Source: Verrucomicrobiales bacterium (GTDB taxonomy: Bacteria; Verrucomicrobiota; Verrucomicrobiia; Limisphaerales; DUCD01). From it: a stretch of 50,293 nt of DNA. Below, in pieces: positions 28,411 through 36,677 of the stretch. The stretch covers positions 1 through 50,293 of the forward strand of contig DUCD01000483.1 of the NCBI GenBank assembly GCA_012959985.1, in the 5' to 3' direction. The notes beneath the pieces were generated by a model, which made no database searches, was not told the DNA's origin, and was given only the letters and a program-made list of their open reading frames with translations. The first letter of the stretch is position 1; each line of letters starts with the position of its first letter. The position numbers and the translations under genes were made by a program.

Positions 28411-28523
28411 GGTAGGGCTCGCTGTCCCAGCGAGCCGCTTGCTTGCGATTGGCGTCATTGGCCGATTCTCAGCGCGCTGACACAGCGATTCCGCACGGCG
28501 CGCTGGGGACAGCAGGCCCTACC
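28411..28523. repeat. GC-rich intergenic inverted-repeat element (copy A of a GCGAGCC-core family)
   Basis: GGTAGGGCTCGCTGTCCCAGCGAGCC (28411-28436) and the imperfect reverse complement GCGCGCTGGGGACAGCAGGCCCTACC (28498-28523), with a 61-nt spacer. Confidence 0.6.
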
Positions 28524-28528
28524 TGTAT

Positions 28529-29575
28529 TCAATTGGCGCTTTCCATTTTTAGACGGATGTTCTGTTTATAGGGCGGTTTAATGACTCCCTTTTCGGTGAT
28601 GATGCCGGTAATCAGTTCTGGGGGGGTGACATCGAAGGCGGGATTCCAGCAGTCAATTTCCGGAAGTGCAATAATTGCCTTTCCTGCGAAGTTCCTGATT
28701 TCATCCGAATCCCTGATTTCGATTGGAATCGAATCACCGGAATCCAAGTTCATGTCGAATGTAGATAAAGGTGCGGCCACATAAAAGGGAATGTTGTGGT
28801 GAGCAGCAAGCACGGCCACATTGTAAGTGCCGATCTTGTTTGCCACCGATCCGTCTGCTGCAATCCGGTCAGCTCCGACAATGACTAGATCGATTTTCTT
28901 TTGTTGCATCAAGGTCCCGGACATACTGTCACAAATCAATTCAACGGGAACCCCAGCCTGATTCAGTTCCCATGCCGTCAAACGAGCGCCCTGAAGAATG
29001 GGGCGTGTTTCATCGGCGTAAACCATGATATCCTTGTTTTCACTGTGGGCCTTGTAGATGACTCCGAGGGCAGTCCCGATTCCTCCTGTGGCAAGGGCTC
29101 CTGCGTTGCAATGAGTCAGAATGCCCGCCGAGTTCGGTACCAATGATTTTCCGTGGTCTCCAATATCCTGGCAACGTTGCCGGTCGTCTTTGTGAATCGC
29201 TTTGGCCCGGACCAACAATACCGATTTAAGAGTATCTACATCCGTCGAACCCATAGCCGTCACCGATTTCTTCATTTCATCAAGTGCCCAGAAGAGATTA
29301 ACAGCCGTGGGGCGGGCGGAAGACAGGTATTCGATCATTTGATCCAACTCCGCGAGGAATTCCTCTCGGGTTGACGCCATTGAGTGATTCATTCCCAGGA
29401 ACAATCCATAAGCGGCGGTAATACCGATGGCGGGCGCTCCTCGGACTCGCAGATTGCGAATCGCCTCGAACGATTGTTCTGAAGTCGTTAATACCAGGTA
29501 GATCGTTTGCTCAGGCAACAATGTCTGGTCGAGCAGGTCCAGATGATCGTTTTTCCAGATGACAGCTTCGATCAT
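28529..29575 (-). CDS. mtnA: S-methyl-5-thioribose-1-phosphate isomerase
   Basis: 348 aa. 'LDLLDQTLLPEQ...IRNLRVRGAPAIGITAAYG', 'THCNAGALAT', 'VYADETRPILQGARLTAWEL', 'VGADRIAADGSVANKIGTY' are hallmark eIF2B-related MtnA blocks. Confidence 0.85.
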   Translation of the reverse strand: MIEAVIWKNDHLDLLDQTLLPEQTIYLVLTTSEQSFEAIRNLRVRGAPAIGITAAYGLFLGMNHSMASTREEFLAELDQMIEYLSSARPTAVNLFWALDEMKKSVTAMGSTDVDTLKSVLLVRAKAIHKDDRQRCQDIGDHGKSLVPNSAGILTHCNAGALATGGIGTALGVIYKAHSENKDIMVYADETRPILQGARLTAWELNQAGVPVELICDSMSGTLMQQKKIDLVIVGADRIAADGSVANKIGTYNVAVLAAHHNIPFYVAAPLSTFDMNLDSGDSIPIEIRDSDEIRNFAGKAIIALPEIDCWNPAFDVTPPELITGIITEKGVIKPPYKQNIRLKMESAN

Positions 29576-29758
29576 TTTTCAGACTTGTCTTTTATTGGTT
29601 TAATGAGTGTGAGGTTGGTTATGTTCATTGGAACAAAATGATTCTAATCTGCTCCGGAACTTATGTCACTGATAATTCAGTATTCAAGAAAAGCTTGAGT
29701 GCTGTTAACAGTGCGGGGATGGGGCAACTTCAATAAACGTATACCCCTACAGCTTTTC

Positions 29759-29785
29759 TTGACTTAATATTGTTACTATTAAAAT
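29759..29785 (+). promoter_or_regulatory. Candidate sigma70-type promoter for the 29804 gene
   Basis: TTGACT (29759-29764), a 15-nt AT-rich spacer, then TAAAAT (29780-29785), about 18 nt upstream of the start codon. This is a pattern match only. Confidence 0.25.
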
Positions 29786-29803
29786 AAATTATTTTTTTTA
29801 TTC

Positions 29804-32125
29804 TTGAATTTTCCATCCACACTATTCAAAAGGTTCAGGGGGTTGATTGCGCCTTTGTCCTTGAGCTTATTCAGCATCCTCCTAAGTTCGGTCATTCTCT
29901 CGATCGGTGAGCCTTTTACTGGGAACCACGTGGCCCCGGACAAAGACGAAGTCTATCTTCAGGAAACAATCCGGAAAATCATTACAGAGGAACCGATCAC
30001 TTCCATTGCTGTTTTAGACAAAACAGTTTATGTGGGTTCACGGCACAGGCTTTTTAAGATTGAGGATGACCAATTGTTGAGGATGTCCGGTTTCAAGGAA
30101 GATGTCCTGCGATTGATTTCGGTTTCGGACGCCCTTTGGGTTTTGGCGAGTACGGGAATTCATCGATTTCAGAAGGGGGACTGGACAAAAATTTCCGATC
30201 TCTCTGCGAGTGATTTAACCCTGCACCTTGGTGAGGTGGTTGTCTCTTCCGGAACCGGTCTCTGGAAACTGAAGGATGACAAATTCCAATTGATGACAGA
30301 TTCCAGGTCTCCTTTTTCTGTTCAGCGGCTTGCGTCGCATTGTGAAACTCTATATCTGATGGGAGCAGGGAGAGTGACCGTATTTAATGGAAAAGAAATC
30401 GGGGGCAAGAATGTCTATGATTGGGCTTCGGATCAAGTGTGGGATTGGGGTTCACTGCCATCCAGAAATACGCGGGACTTGTTAAGTCAGGGCAGTCGGC
30501 TTTATCTGGCGACGGATCGCGGACTGGGATTGTTACGGGGGATGTCGATGACTTCCATCAAAGGAGAGCAGGGCTTATGTTATGAAGACTGTACAAGTCT
30601 TTCAGAAGGGTTTGAGGGTGATCTGTGGATTGGGACGACTCGCGGGGCGATGCGGAAGACCGGTGAAGATTACCATTATTTTGCCGGACAGCGTTGGTTA
30701 CCCGATGATCGTGTAAACGGTATAGCCACGAACGATCGGACTGTTTATATCGCCACGGACAAAGGAGTCGGGATTATTTCCTATCAGCCATTTACTCTTC
30801 ATCAAAAGGCGGGCTATTACCAGAAACACTTGGAGGACTGGGGGCAGAAACGTTTGGGGTTTATCCATAAGCTCGAATGGGATTCCGAGTTGAAGGATTA
30901 CGTCCGTGAAGTCAGCGATAATGACGGAGGTTACAGTGGAAATTATTTGGCTGCGCAATCCTATCGTTATGCGGTTACCAAGGATCCGGCAGCCAGAGCG
31001 GAGGCAGTCAATACTTTTCAGGCGTTACTCTGGCTTGAAGCCATCACTGGGATACCCGGATTCCCTGCCCGGTCCATTTGGGCAAAAGGAGAACGGGGAC
31101 ACCAGGCCATGCATGGATCTGGGGGGCCGCATGCCGAATGGCACGATTCACAAGATGGATTATTTGAATGGAAAGGAGATACTTCCAGCGATGAAATCTG
31201 TTCCCATTATTATTCGATTTCTTTGTTCCTCGAACATGTGGCCATGGGTGAAGAAGTCGAACAGGCGAAGCGTCATTTAGTTCGGATCGCCTCTCACCTG
31301 ATAGATCACGGTTGGAAATTGATCGACAGGGACGGAGAACCGACCCGATGGGGACGGTGGGACCCCGAATATTTTCAAACTGAAGAAGGACTGTATGATC
31401 GGGGATTGCAGTGCCTGCAATTACTTTCCTTTATGAAGACGGCAACGGAGTTTTCCGAAGACCCGAAGTATGTTCAAGCCTATCAGGATCTGGTCGATCT
31501 CGATTATCCATCCTTTACTTTGAGACAGCGCAATACATTTCCGCCTGATGGAGTACTGCACTTTCTGGATGAACTCGGTTTGTGGAGTTATTGGAATCTG
31601 ATTCGATTCGAAACTTCTCCCGAACTACGGTCCGCTTATCGCCGCAGCCTGGAACGAAGCTATGAAATTGTCCGTATCGAGCAGAATCCCTGGTTCAACT
31701 TTCTCTATGGAGCCTTGACGGGAAATGAAATTGAATTGCAGCCCTCCATTGCTCACCTGCGGGACTGGCCTTTGGATTTGAGAGTATGGTCGTATCAAAA
31801 CTCACATCGAGCTGATCTGGATACTCCCGACGGGTATGTTTCTTACAAAGCGGGAACGCGGACCTTTTCACCGCGCGAGACGGAGCCCATGCGTTGGGAT
31901 CATTGGGCGATGCAGGCTGACGGTGGGACTGGAGGAAAAGATGTTGCGGATCCTTCCGGTTGGTTGCTTGCCTATTGGATGGGTAGATTTCACGGCTACA
32001 TCACTGCCCCGAAGGACACTCCAGAATCCAATCCAGCCTACTCAGCGGTGGCTGATTCCAAGGGGAAACCAGGAGCGGCAGATTACGTGGGACCCAATCG
32101 TCCGCCGTCACATCTCTTCGATTAA
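29804..32125 (+). CDS. Hypothetical membrane-anchored/secreted protein: N-terminal propeller-like repeats plus a C-terminal helical (alpha/alpha-toroid-like) region
   Basis: 773-aa ORF with a TTG start and an N-terminal hydrophobic segment 'LIAPLSLSLFSILLSSVILSI'. Repeats such as 'ALWVLASTGIHRF', 'DLWIGTTRGAMRK' and 'VYIATDKGVGIISY' resemble two-component-regulator propeller repeats. I do not recognise the C-terminal half. Confidence 0.6.
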   Translation: MNFPSTLFKRFRGLIAPLSLSLFSILLSSVILSIGEPFTGNHVAPDKDEVYLQETIRKIITEEPITSIAVLDKTVYVGSRHRLFKIEDDQLLRMSGFKEDVLRLISVSDALWVLASTGIHRFQKGDWTKISDLSASDLTLHLGEVVVSSGTGLWKLKDDKFQLMTDSRSPFSVQRLASHCETLYLMGAGRVTVFNGKEIGGKNVYDWASDQVWDWGSLPSRNTRDLLSQGSRLYLATDRGLGLLRGMSMTSIKGEQGLCYEDCTSLSEGFEGDLWIGTTRGAMRKTGEDYHYFAGQRWLPDDRVNGIATNDRTVYIATDKGVGIISYQPFTLHQKAGYYQKHLEDWGQKRLGFIHKLEWDSELKDYVREVSDNDGGYSGNYLAAQSYRYAVTKDPAARAEAVNTFQALLWLEAITGIPGFPARSIWAKGERGHQAMHGSGGPHAEWHDSQDGLFEWKGDTSSDEICSHYYSISLFLEHVAMGEEVEQAKRHLVRIASHLIDHGWKLIDRDGEPTRWGRWDPEYFQTEEGLYDRGLQCLQLLSFMKTATEFSEDPKYVQAYQDLVDLDYPSFTLRQRNTFPPDGVLHFLDELGLWSYWNLIRFETSPELRSAYRRSLERSYEIVRIEQNPWFNFLYGALTGNEIELQPSIAHLRDWPLDLRVWSYQNSHRADLDTPDGYVSYKAGTRTFSPRETEPMRWDHWAMQADGGTGGKDVADPSGWLLAYWMGRFHGYITAPKDTPESNPAYSAVADSKGKPGAADYVGPNRPPSHLFD

Positions 32126-32131
32126 AAGTAA

Positions 32132-33469
32132 TTATTGCTTCTTGGGTAAAGGGGGTGGTGGGTTCCAAGCCGGCATTGAATTCAGAACTTGCTTCAACCG
32201 CTCTCGGGCACGGGCTGAATTCAGATCTTTCGGATTCAGTTGTTGTTTTTCCAATACATCTCCGGGAACGTGGTACATGCGTCCATCCATGTAGAGTTTG
32301 TAGACTTGATCCCGGGCAAATCGGCCCCTCTGCTTGGTGAAATTCCCCCATCGGGGGTCGTAATGACAAAACATGTAATCCCTTGGTTTACCTTTCTCAC
32401 CCTTCAATTGTGGAAGAAAACTGATCCCATCACTTTGACTGGCTTGGGTGGGAGCATTGGCGATTTCGGACAGAGTAGAGAAGAAATCAGAGAAATCGAT
32501 GAGGTCCCGATTGACCTTACCCGTTGGAGCGTGGCCAGGCCATGAGACAATGAACGGCACATGTGTTCCGGCATTCGGTGTGGTTCCTTTGCCGCCAGTA
32601 ATAGATCGTCCATCTTTCATATCCGACGAAAGGCTTCGATGAGTCCCGTTATCCCCCGTAAACATTAGGATGGTATTTTCGCGAATTCCTGAATCCTTCA
32701 GAACCTGATCGATTTGCCCGACAATCTTGTCGGTATACCTAACCATGTCGGCAAAGAAGACATTGTTTTTTGTGTAGCGACCGGGTTGATTCCATTCCGG
32801 GGAATCCGGAGTGGCGACAAAGGGATCGTGCGTCAGCACCATGGGATAGTAGACAAAGAATGGCTGATCCTTATTCTGGCGAATGAAATCACAGATGAAA
32901 TCGGCAAAGACTTGCGGCCCGTATTCACCTTTAAGTTTCGGAAGCAGTTTTCCGTTTTTCTCAATCAATGGATCTGCATAGCGTTCTCCTTTTCCTTTGC
33001 CCTGGGTGACTTGCCAAAGGCAGGATTCATGGAATCCCGCTTTCAGGGGAAGGGTTGGATCCTGGTTTCCCTGTGCGCCATGGTAGATGCCGTTCAACTG
33101 CCATTTGCCGGCAATACAGGTGCGGTAGCCGGCTTTCTGCATTACGTGCCCGAAGGTTTTTTCCTTCGGATTGAGATATCCGAACTCCTCGTAATTTCTG
33201 AAATTATATTTTCCGGTCATGATTTTTACCCGTGATGGGGTGCACAGGGGTTGCGAATAAGTATGTTCAAACCGAATCCCTTCCTGGGCAAGGCGGTCCA
33301 GATTGGGAGTCCGATAGGATTTACTGCCATTGCAACTCAGGCACTCATATCCCATATCATCGGCCATAATCAGTATGACATTCGGTTTCTCGATCTCGGC
33401 AGAGACAAGCCCGGGGAAAAGACCGATGAGCAGGGAAGGGAAGACAATGGACAAGAATCGTTTTTTCAT
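32132..33469 (-). CDS. Arylsulfatase (S1 family), secreted; paralogue of 1584..2966
   Basis: The ATG at 33469 gives the signal 'MKKRFLSIVFPSLLIGLFPGLVSA'. 'NVILIMADDMGYE' and 'PLCTPSRVKIMTGKY' are present. Long stretches are collinear with the first sulfatase. Confidence 0.85.
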   Translation of the reverse strand: MKKRFLSIVFPSLLIGLFPGLVSAEIEKPNVILIMADDMGYECLSCNGSKSYRTPNLDRLAQEGIRFEHTYSQPLCTPSRVKIMTGKYNFRNYEEFGYLNPKEKTFGHVMQKAGYRTCIAGKWQLNGIYHGAQGNQDPTLPLKAGFHESCLWQVTQGKGKGERYADPLIEKNGKLLPKLKGEYGPQVFADFICDFIRQNKDQPFFVYYPMVLTHDPFVATPDSPEWNQPGRYTKNNVFFADMVRYTDKIVGQIDQVLKDSGIRENTILMFTGDNGTHRSLSSDMKDGRSITGGKGTTPNAGTHVPFIVSWPGHAPTGKVNRDLIDFSDFFSTLSEIANAPTQASQSDGISFLPQLKGEKGKPRDYMFCHYDPRWGNFTKQRGRFARDQVYKLYMDGRMYHVPGDVLEKQQLNPKDLNSARARERLKQVLNSMPAWNPPPPLPKKQ

Positions 33470-33582
33470 GGGTATTCTATGAATGATAAGGAAACGGGAA
33501 ATCCTAAGCTGTGGTTTCCTGTCCGTCAAATCGCATTCTAAAGAAGGATGATGAAAATGTTCTCAGGTTGGATAATTTTTTA

Positions 33583-33623
33583 ATCGAAATCGAAATCGAA
33601 ATCGAAATCGAAATCGAAATCGA
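33583..33623. repeat. Hexanucleotide microsatellite (ATCGAA)x6 plus ATCGA
   Basis: Read directly from the sequence. It lies in the 198-bp divergent intergenic region between the two sulfatase genes and ends in the 12-nt palindrome GAAATCGATTTC (33616-33627). Confidence 0.9.
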
Positions 33624-33667
33624 TTTCAATGGTGGATGCGATGACAATCACTTAATTTTGATTGATC

Positions 33668-35167
33668 ATGACTTTGAATCGGATTTCATACTTGTTGGAT
33701 CGGATCATTCCCTGTTCCAGACGGCTTTTAGAGGTGATTTTCTGGAGTTGCCTTGTTGTCGCTCCCCTGGAAGGCGAAGATTTGAAATCGCCGAATCTCC
33801 TGATCATTCAGACTGATGAACACAATTTCAGGACTTTAGGTTGTTATCGTGAAACCTTGCCGCCTGAGCAGGCTTACATGTGGGGACCGTCTGTCGTGAC
33901 CACGCCCAACATCGATTGGATTGCTCATAACGGGGCGCTTTGCACGAGTTTCTATGCTACAACTCCGGTCTGTTCCTCCTCTCGGGCAGCTTTGGTTTCC
34001 GGGCGTTATCCACAGAACACGGATGTGGTTTCCAACAATATTCCAATGAACGGGGACATTGTTACCTTTGCAGAAATCCTGAGAAGGCAGGGCTATGCAA
34101 ACGGTTATGCCGGCAAATGGCATCTGGATGGTGATGGAAAACCACAGTGGGCACCCAAGCGGAAATTTGGTTTTCAAGACAATCGATTTATGTTCAATCG
34201 AGGTCATTGGAAAAAACTGAAGTTAACATCCGAGGGGCCAAAGGTGGCGGGGTTCAACAATAAAGGTCAGCCCAATTATTCGGTGCAAGGAGCCGATGCT
34301 TCGAGTTTTACAACAGATTTTCTTACGGACCGAACCCTTGAGTTCATCAAGGGACATGCGAATAAACCTTTTTGTTACTGGGTCAGTTATCCCGATCCAC
34401 ATGGGCCGGATACCGTCAGAGCACCCTACGATTCCATGTTCAGCCATCAGAATTATCAGAAGCCTCGAACATTTGAGATAGGAGATTCGGTGATTCCGAA
34501 GTGGGCGAAACCGGGTAAGGGTGGATACAAAATGTCCAGTTATTACGGTATGGTAAAGTGTATCGATGATAATATCGGACGTCTGCTCACCCAACTGAAA
34601 GAACTTAAAATGATGGACCGGACCATCATTGTTTTCACCTCTGACCATGGGGACCTGAGAGGAGAGCATCATCAACAAAACAAGGGTATTCCGTATGAAG
34701 CCTCTGCAAAAATACCGTTTCTGATGTATTATCCTGGAAAGGTGCCGCCGGGAACGGTGGTGAATCAGGCGTTGAGTTGTGTGGATTTCATGCCGACAAT
34801 TCTCACCATGATGGGCAAATCGCTTTCCGGCAAAGAAGAGGGCAGGGACGCTTCCACCTTGTTCGTCAGTCGACAGAAGGATCTCGAATGGGAGGATGTG
34901 GCTTTTTTACGTTCGACCGGAACAAAGGGAGGATGGATTTCCGCCGTTACTTCACAATACAAATTGATCTACTCCGCAGTGGAATCTCCATGGTTGTTTG
35001 ATCTACAGAAGGATCCTGACGAATTAACCAACTTTGCAGATCATCCCGATTATAGACACATTGTTGCACGGTTGTCTCAGGCGATCCTCGATTATGGGAA
35101 GCACTATGATGATCCGTTTGTTCGAATCGAAAAGATCCGAAATGATCTGAAGAAGGCGGTTCACTGA
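33668..35167 (+). CDS. Sulfatase (S1 family) with a non-canonical CSSSR active-site motif
   Basis: 'NLLIIQTDEHNF' N-terminal metal site, 'TTPVCSSSRAALVSGRYP', 'GKWHLDG', 'FTSDHGD'. The track ORF starts at a TTG at 33662. The ATG at 33668 is preferred. Confidence 0.8.
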   Translation: MTLNRISYLLDRIIPCSRRLLEVIFWSCLVVAPLEGEDLKSPNLLIIQTDEHNFRTLGCYRETLPPEQAYMWGPSVVTTPNIDWIAHNGALCTSFYATTPVCSSSRAALVSGRYPQNTDVVSNNIPMNGDIVTFAEILRRQGYANGYAGKWHLDGDGKPQWAPKRKFGFQDNRFMFNRGHWKKLKLTSEGPKVAGFNNKGQPNYSVQGADASSFTTDFLTDRTLEFIKGHANKPFCYWVSYPDPHGPDTVRAPYDSMFSHQNYQKPRTFEIGDSVIPKWAKPGKGGYKMSSYYGMVKCIDDNIGRLLTQLKELKMMDRTIIVFTSDHGDLRGEHHQQNKGIPYEASAKIPFLMYYPGKVPPGTVVNQALSCVDFMPTILTMMGKSLSGKEEGRDASTLFVSRQKDLEWEDVAFLRSTGTKGGWISAVTSQYKLIYSAVESPWLFDLQKDPDELTNFADHPDYRHIVARLSQAILDYGKHYDDPFVRIEKIRNDLKKAVH

Positions 35168-35321
35168 ATCTTCGAATTCTTCCGGTTGATTCACAGAGCC
35201 AGGTCTGTTTTTCAGTGAAAGTTGTTGTATGAGCGTCCCCGGAACTCAGTGGTTTGACCAAATCGAGAGATCGGAATTGCCAAATTGAAATCCTCATTTT
35301 TCATTCGATCCTATTCTGGCT

Positions 35322-35405
35322 GGTAGGGCTCGCTGAGGACAGCGAGCCGTTGGAAAGCTGAACTGCGAAAAGTAAAGCGGCACGCTGAGGACAGCGAGCC
35401 CTACC
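35322..35405. repeat. GC-rich intergenic inverted-repeat element (copy B)
   Basis: Perfect 14-nt outer inverted repeat GGTAGGGCTCGCTG / CAGCGAGCCCTACC, and an 18-nt perfect direct repeat CGCTGAGGACAGCGAGCC (35331-35348 and 35383-35400). It lies between convergent genes. Confidence 0.65.
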
Positions 35406-35426
35406 CGCATTCCCTTTGTATGAGTT

Positions 35427-36647
35427 TCAGGAGAGCAGTTTCAGGAGAAGTTCAGCGGTGAGGACACCCAGAAGGGTGCCGATCACATAACCCCAGATAC
35501 CGATCAGAAGTCCCGGTAATACCAAGTGCGACCACCCTCTGGCGATCGCCATTGCCGCTGCTGATGGAGCACCTCCGAGGGTGGCGTTAACACTTAAAAG
35601 CAACTCCGAGAGGGGGAGCTTCAACCATCTGCCCAGTGAAAGTGTCACAATGAGGTTGGTGATGGCCATGATCAGGCAAAGGACAAACAGTAATGGAACG
35701 TTTTTGATGACTTCGATCAAGTCCGCCCTCAGGCCAAGGACAAAGAAAAACAGGTAAAGAAAATACATGCCGATTTCATCGGAACCCTGAATTCTTTCCA
35801 TTTGGCGGCGGCATAGGGTCGCGGCTGTTACGGTGATCCCGGTCATCCAGAAAAAAACGTTTCCCAGAGTTGCATGAACTAAGCGTGACTCAAAATGGCT
35901 CTTGATCCATCCCGATGCCTCCATCGACAGGGCCGTGATCGTTCCCGCAACCGCCAAGGCTGCTGCCAGATCCTTCAAGCCGATTTCTTTCCGCTTCCAA
36001 TGAGAAATGCCCGTTTCCTGTGCTGAATCAGTCTGCTTTCCGGCGTGATGTTTTTCTGAATACAGTTTCACAAGAAACGGATTTGCCGAAAGGACCAGAA
36101 GGCTTACAAACATTGCCGCCATGATGACATTGTCCGCAACGATCAACGGATTGACTAGTTCTGAGGGAATGTCGTAGGAATTCTTTACCGCAACGAAATT
36201 GACACTGCCTCCGGTATAGCTGCCCGTCATGATGCCAATGACTTCAGGGAGGTGTTCGATCTTTCCGTTCAGGAGCAAGGCTGCCAGTAAGGCGCCGATG
36301 AATGTGCCCAAAGCTGAGACGTGGAACGACTTCATCAACGAACCGGTTTCGCGGATGATCCGGCCCGCATCCGCTCTAAAAAGTAAAAGAGGAATGGCCA
36401 GCGGCACCAGGTAATTATCGATGAAGTCGTAGACCGGCGAATCGACAGGCATGATACCGGTATTCGACAGAGCCATTGCGCCGATCAGTATCAGAATCGG
36501 CCCCGTTATCCGCATTGCCCAGCGTTGGGTCTGTTCTAAATGAATGCTCAGGGCGACTCCCGCCACCATGACGGCCCACAACAGCCAGATACTATCTGGG
36601 GAAATCCAAGACATCCCTGATTCTTTACAGGAATCGGAAGATGTCAA
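35427..36647 (-). CDS. DUF819 (YjcL-like) polytopic membrane protein
   Basis: 406-aa ORF that is hydrophobic throughout. The N-terminus 'LLWAVMVAGVALSIHLEQTQRWAMRITGPILILIGAMALSNTGIMP' resembles DUF819. Alternative start at 36614. Confidence 0.6.
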   Translation of the reverse strand: MTSSDSCKESGMSWISPDSIWLLWAVMVAGVALSIHLEQTQRWAMRITGPILILIGAMALSNTGIMPVDSPVYDFIDNYLVPLAIPLLLFRADAGRIIRETGSLMKSFHVSALGTFIGALLAALLLNGKIEHLPEVIGIMTGSYTGGSVNFVAVKNSYDIPSELVNPLIVADNVIMAAMFVSLLVLSANPFLVKLYSEKHHAGKQTDSAQETGISHWKRKEIGLKDLAAALAVAGTITALSMEASGWIKSHFESRLVHATLGNVFFWMTGITVTAATLCRRQMERIQGSDEIGMYFLYLFFFVLGLRADLIEVIKNVPLLFVLCLIMAITNLIVTLSLGRWLKLPLSELLLSVNATLGGAPSAAAMAIARGWSHLVLPGLLIGIWGYVIGTLLGVLTAELLLKLLS

Positions 36648-36677
36648 AAAGATATTGGAAGGAGAACGGAGAAGCCT

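Noticed and set aside
28411-28523. Inverted-repeat elements considered as IS elements or full mobile elements
   Set aside because: Each is only 84-137 bp with no coding capacity. No transposase or integrase is in the window and no clear target-site duplication is visible, so they are reported as repeats and not as mobile_element features.
33511-33816. 101-aa ORF containing 'IEIEIEIEIEIEID'
   Set aside because: The periodic peptide is simply the translation of the (ATCGAA)n microsatellite. The ORF spans the divergent promoter region and overlaps the real sulfatase start, so it is not a gene.
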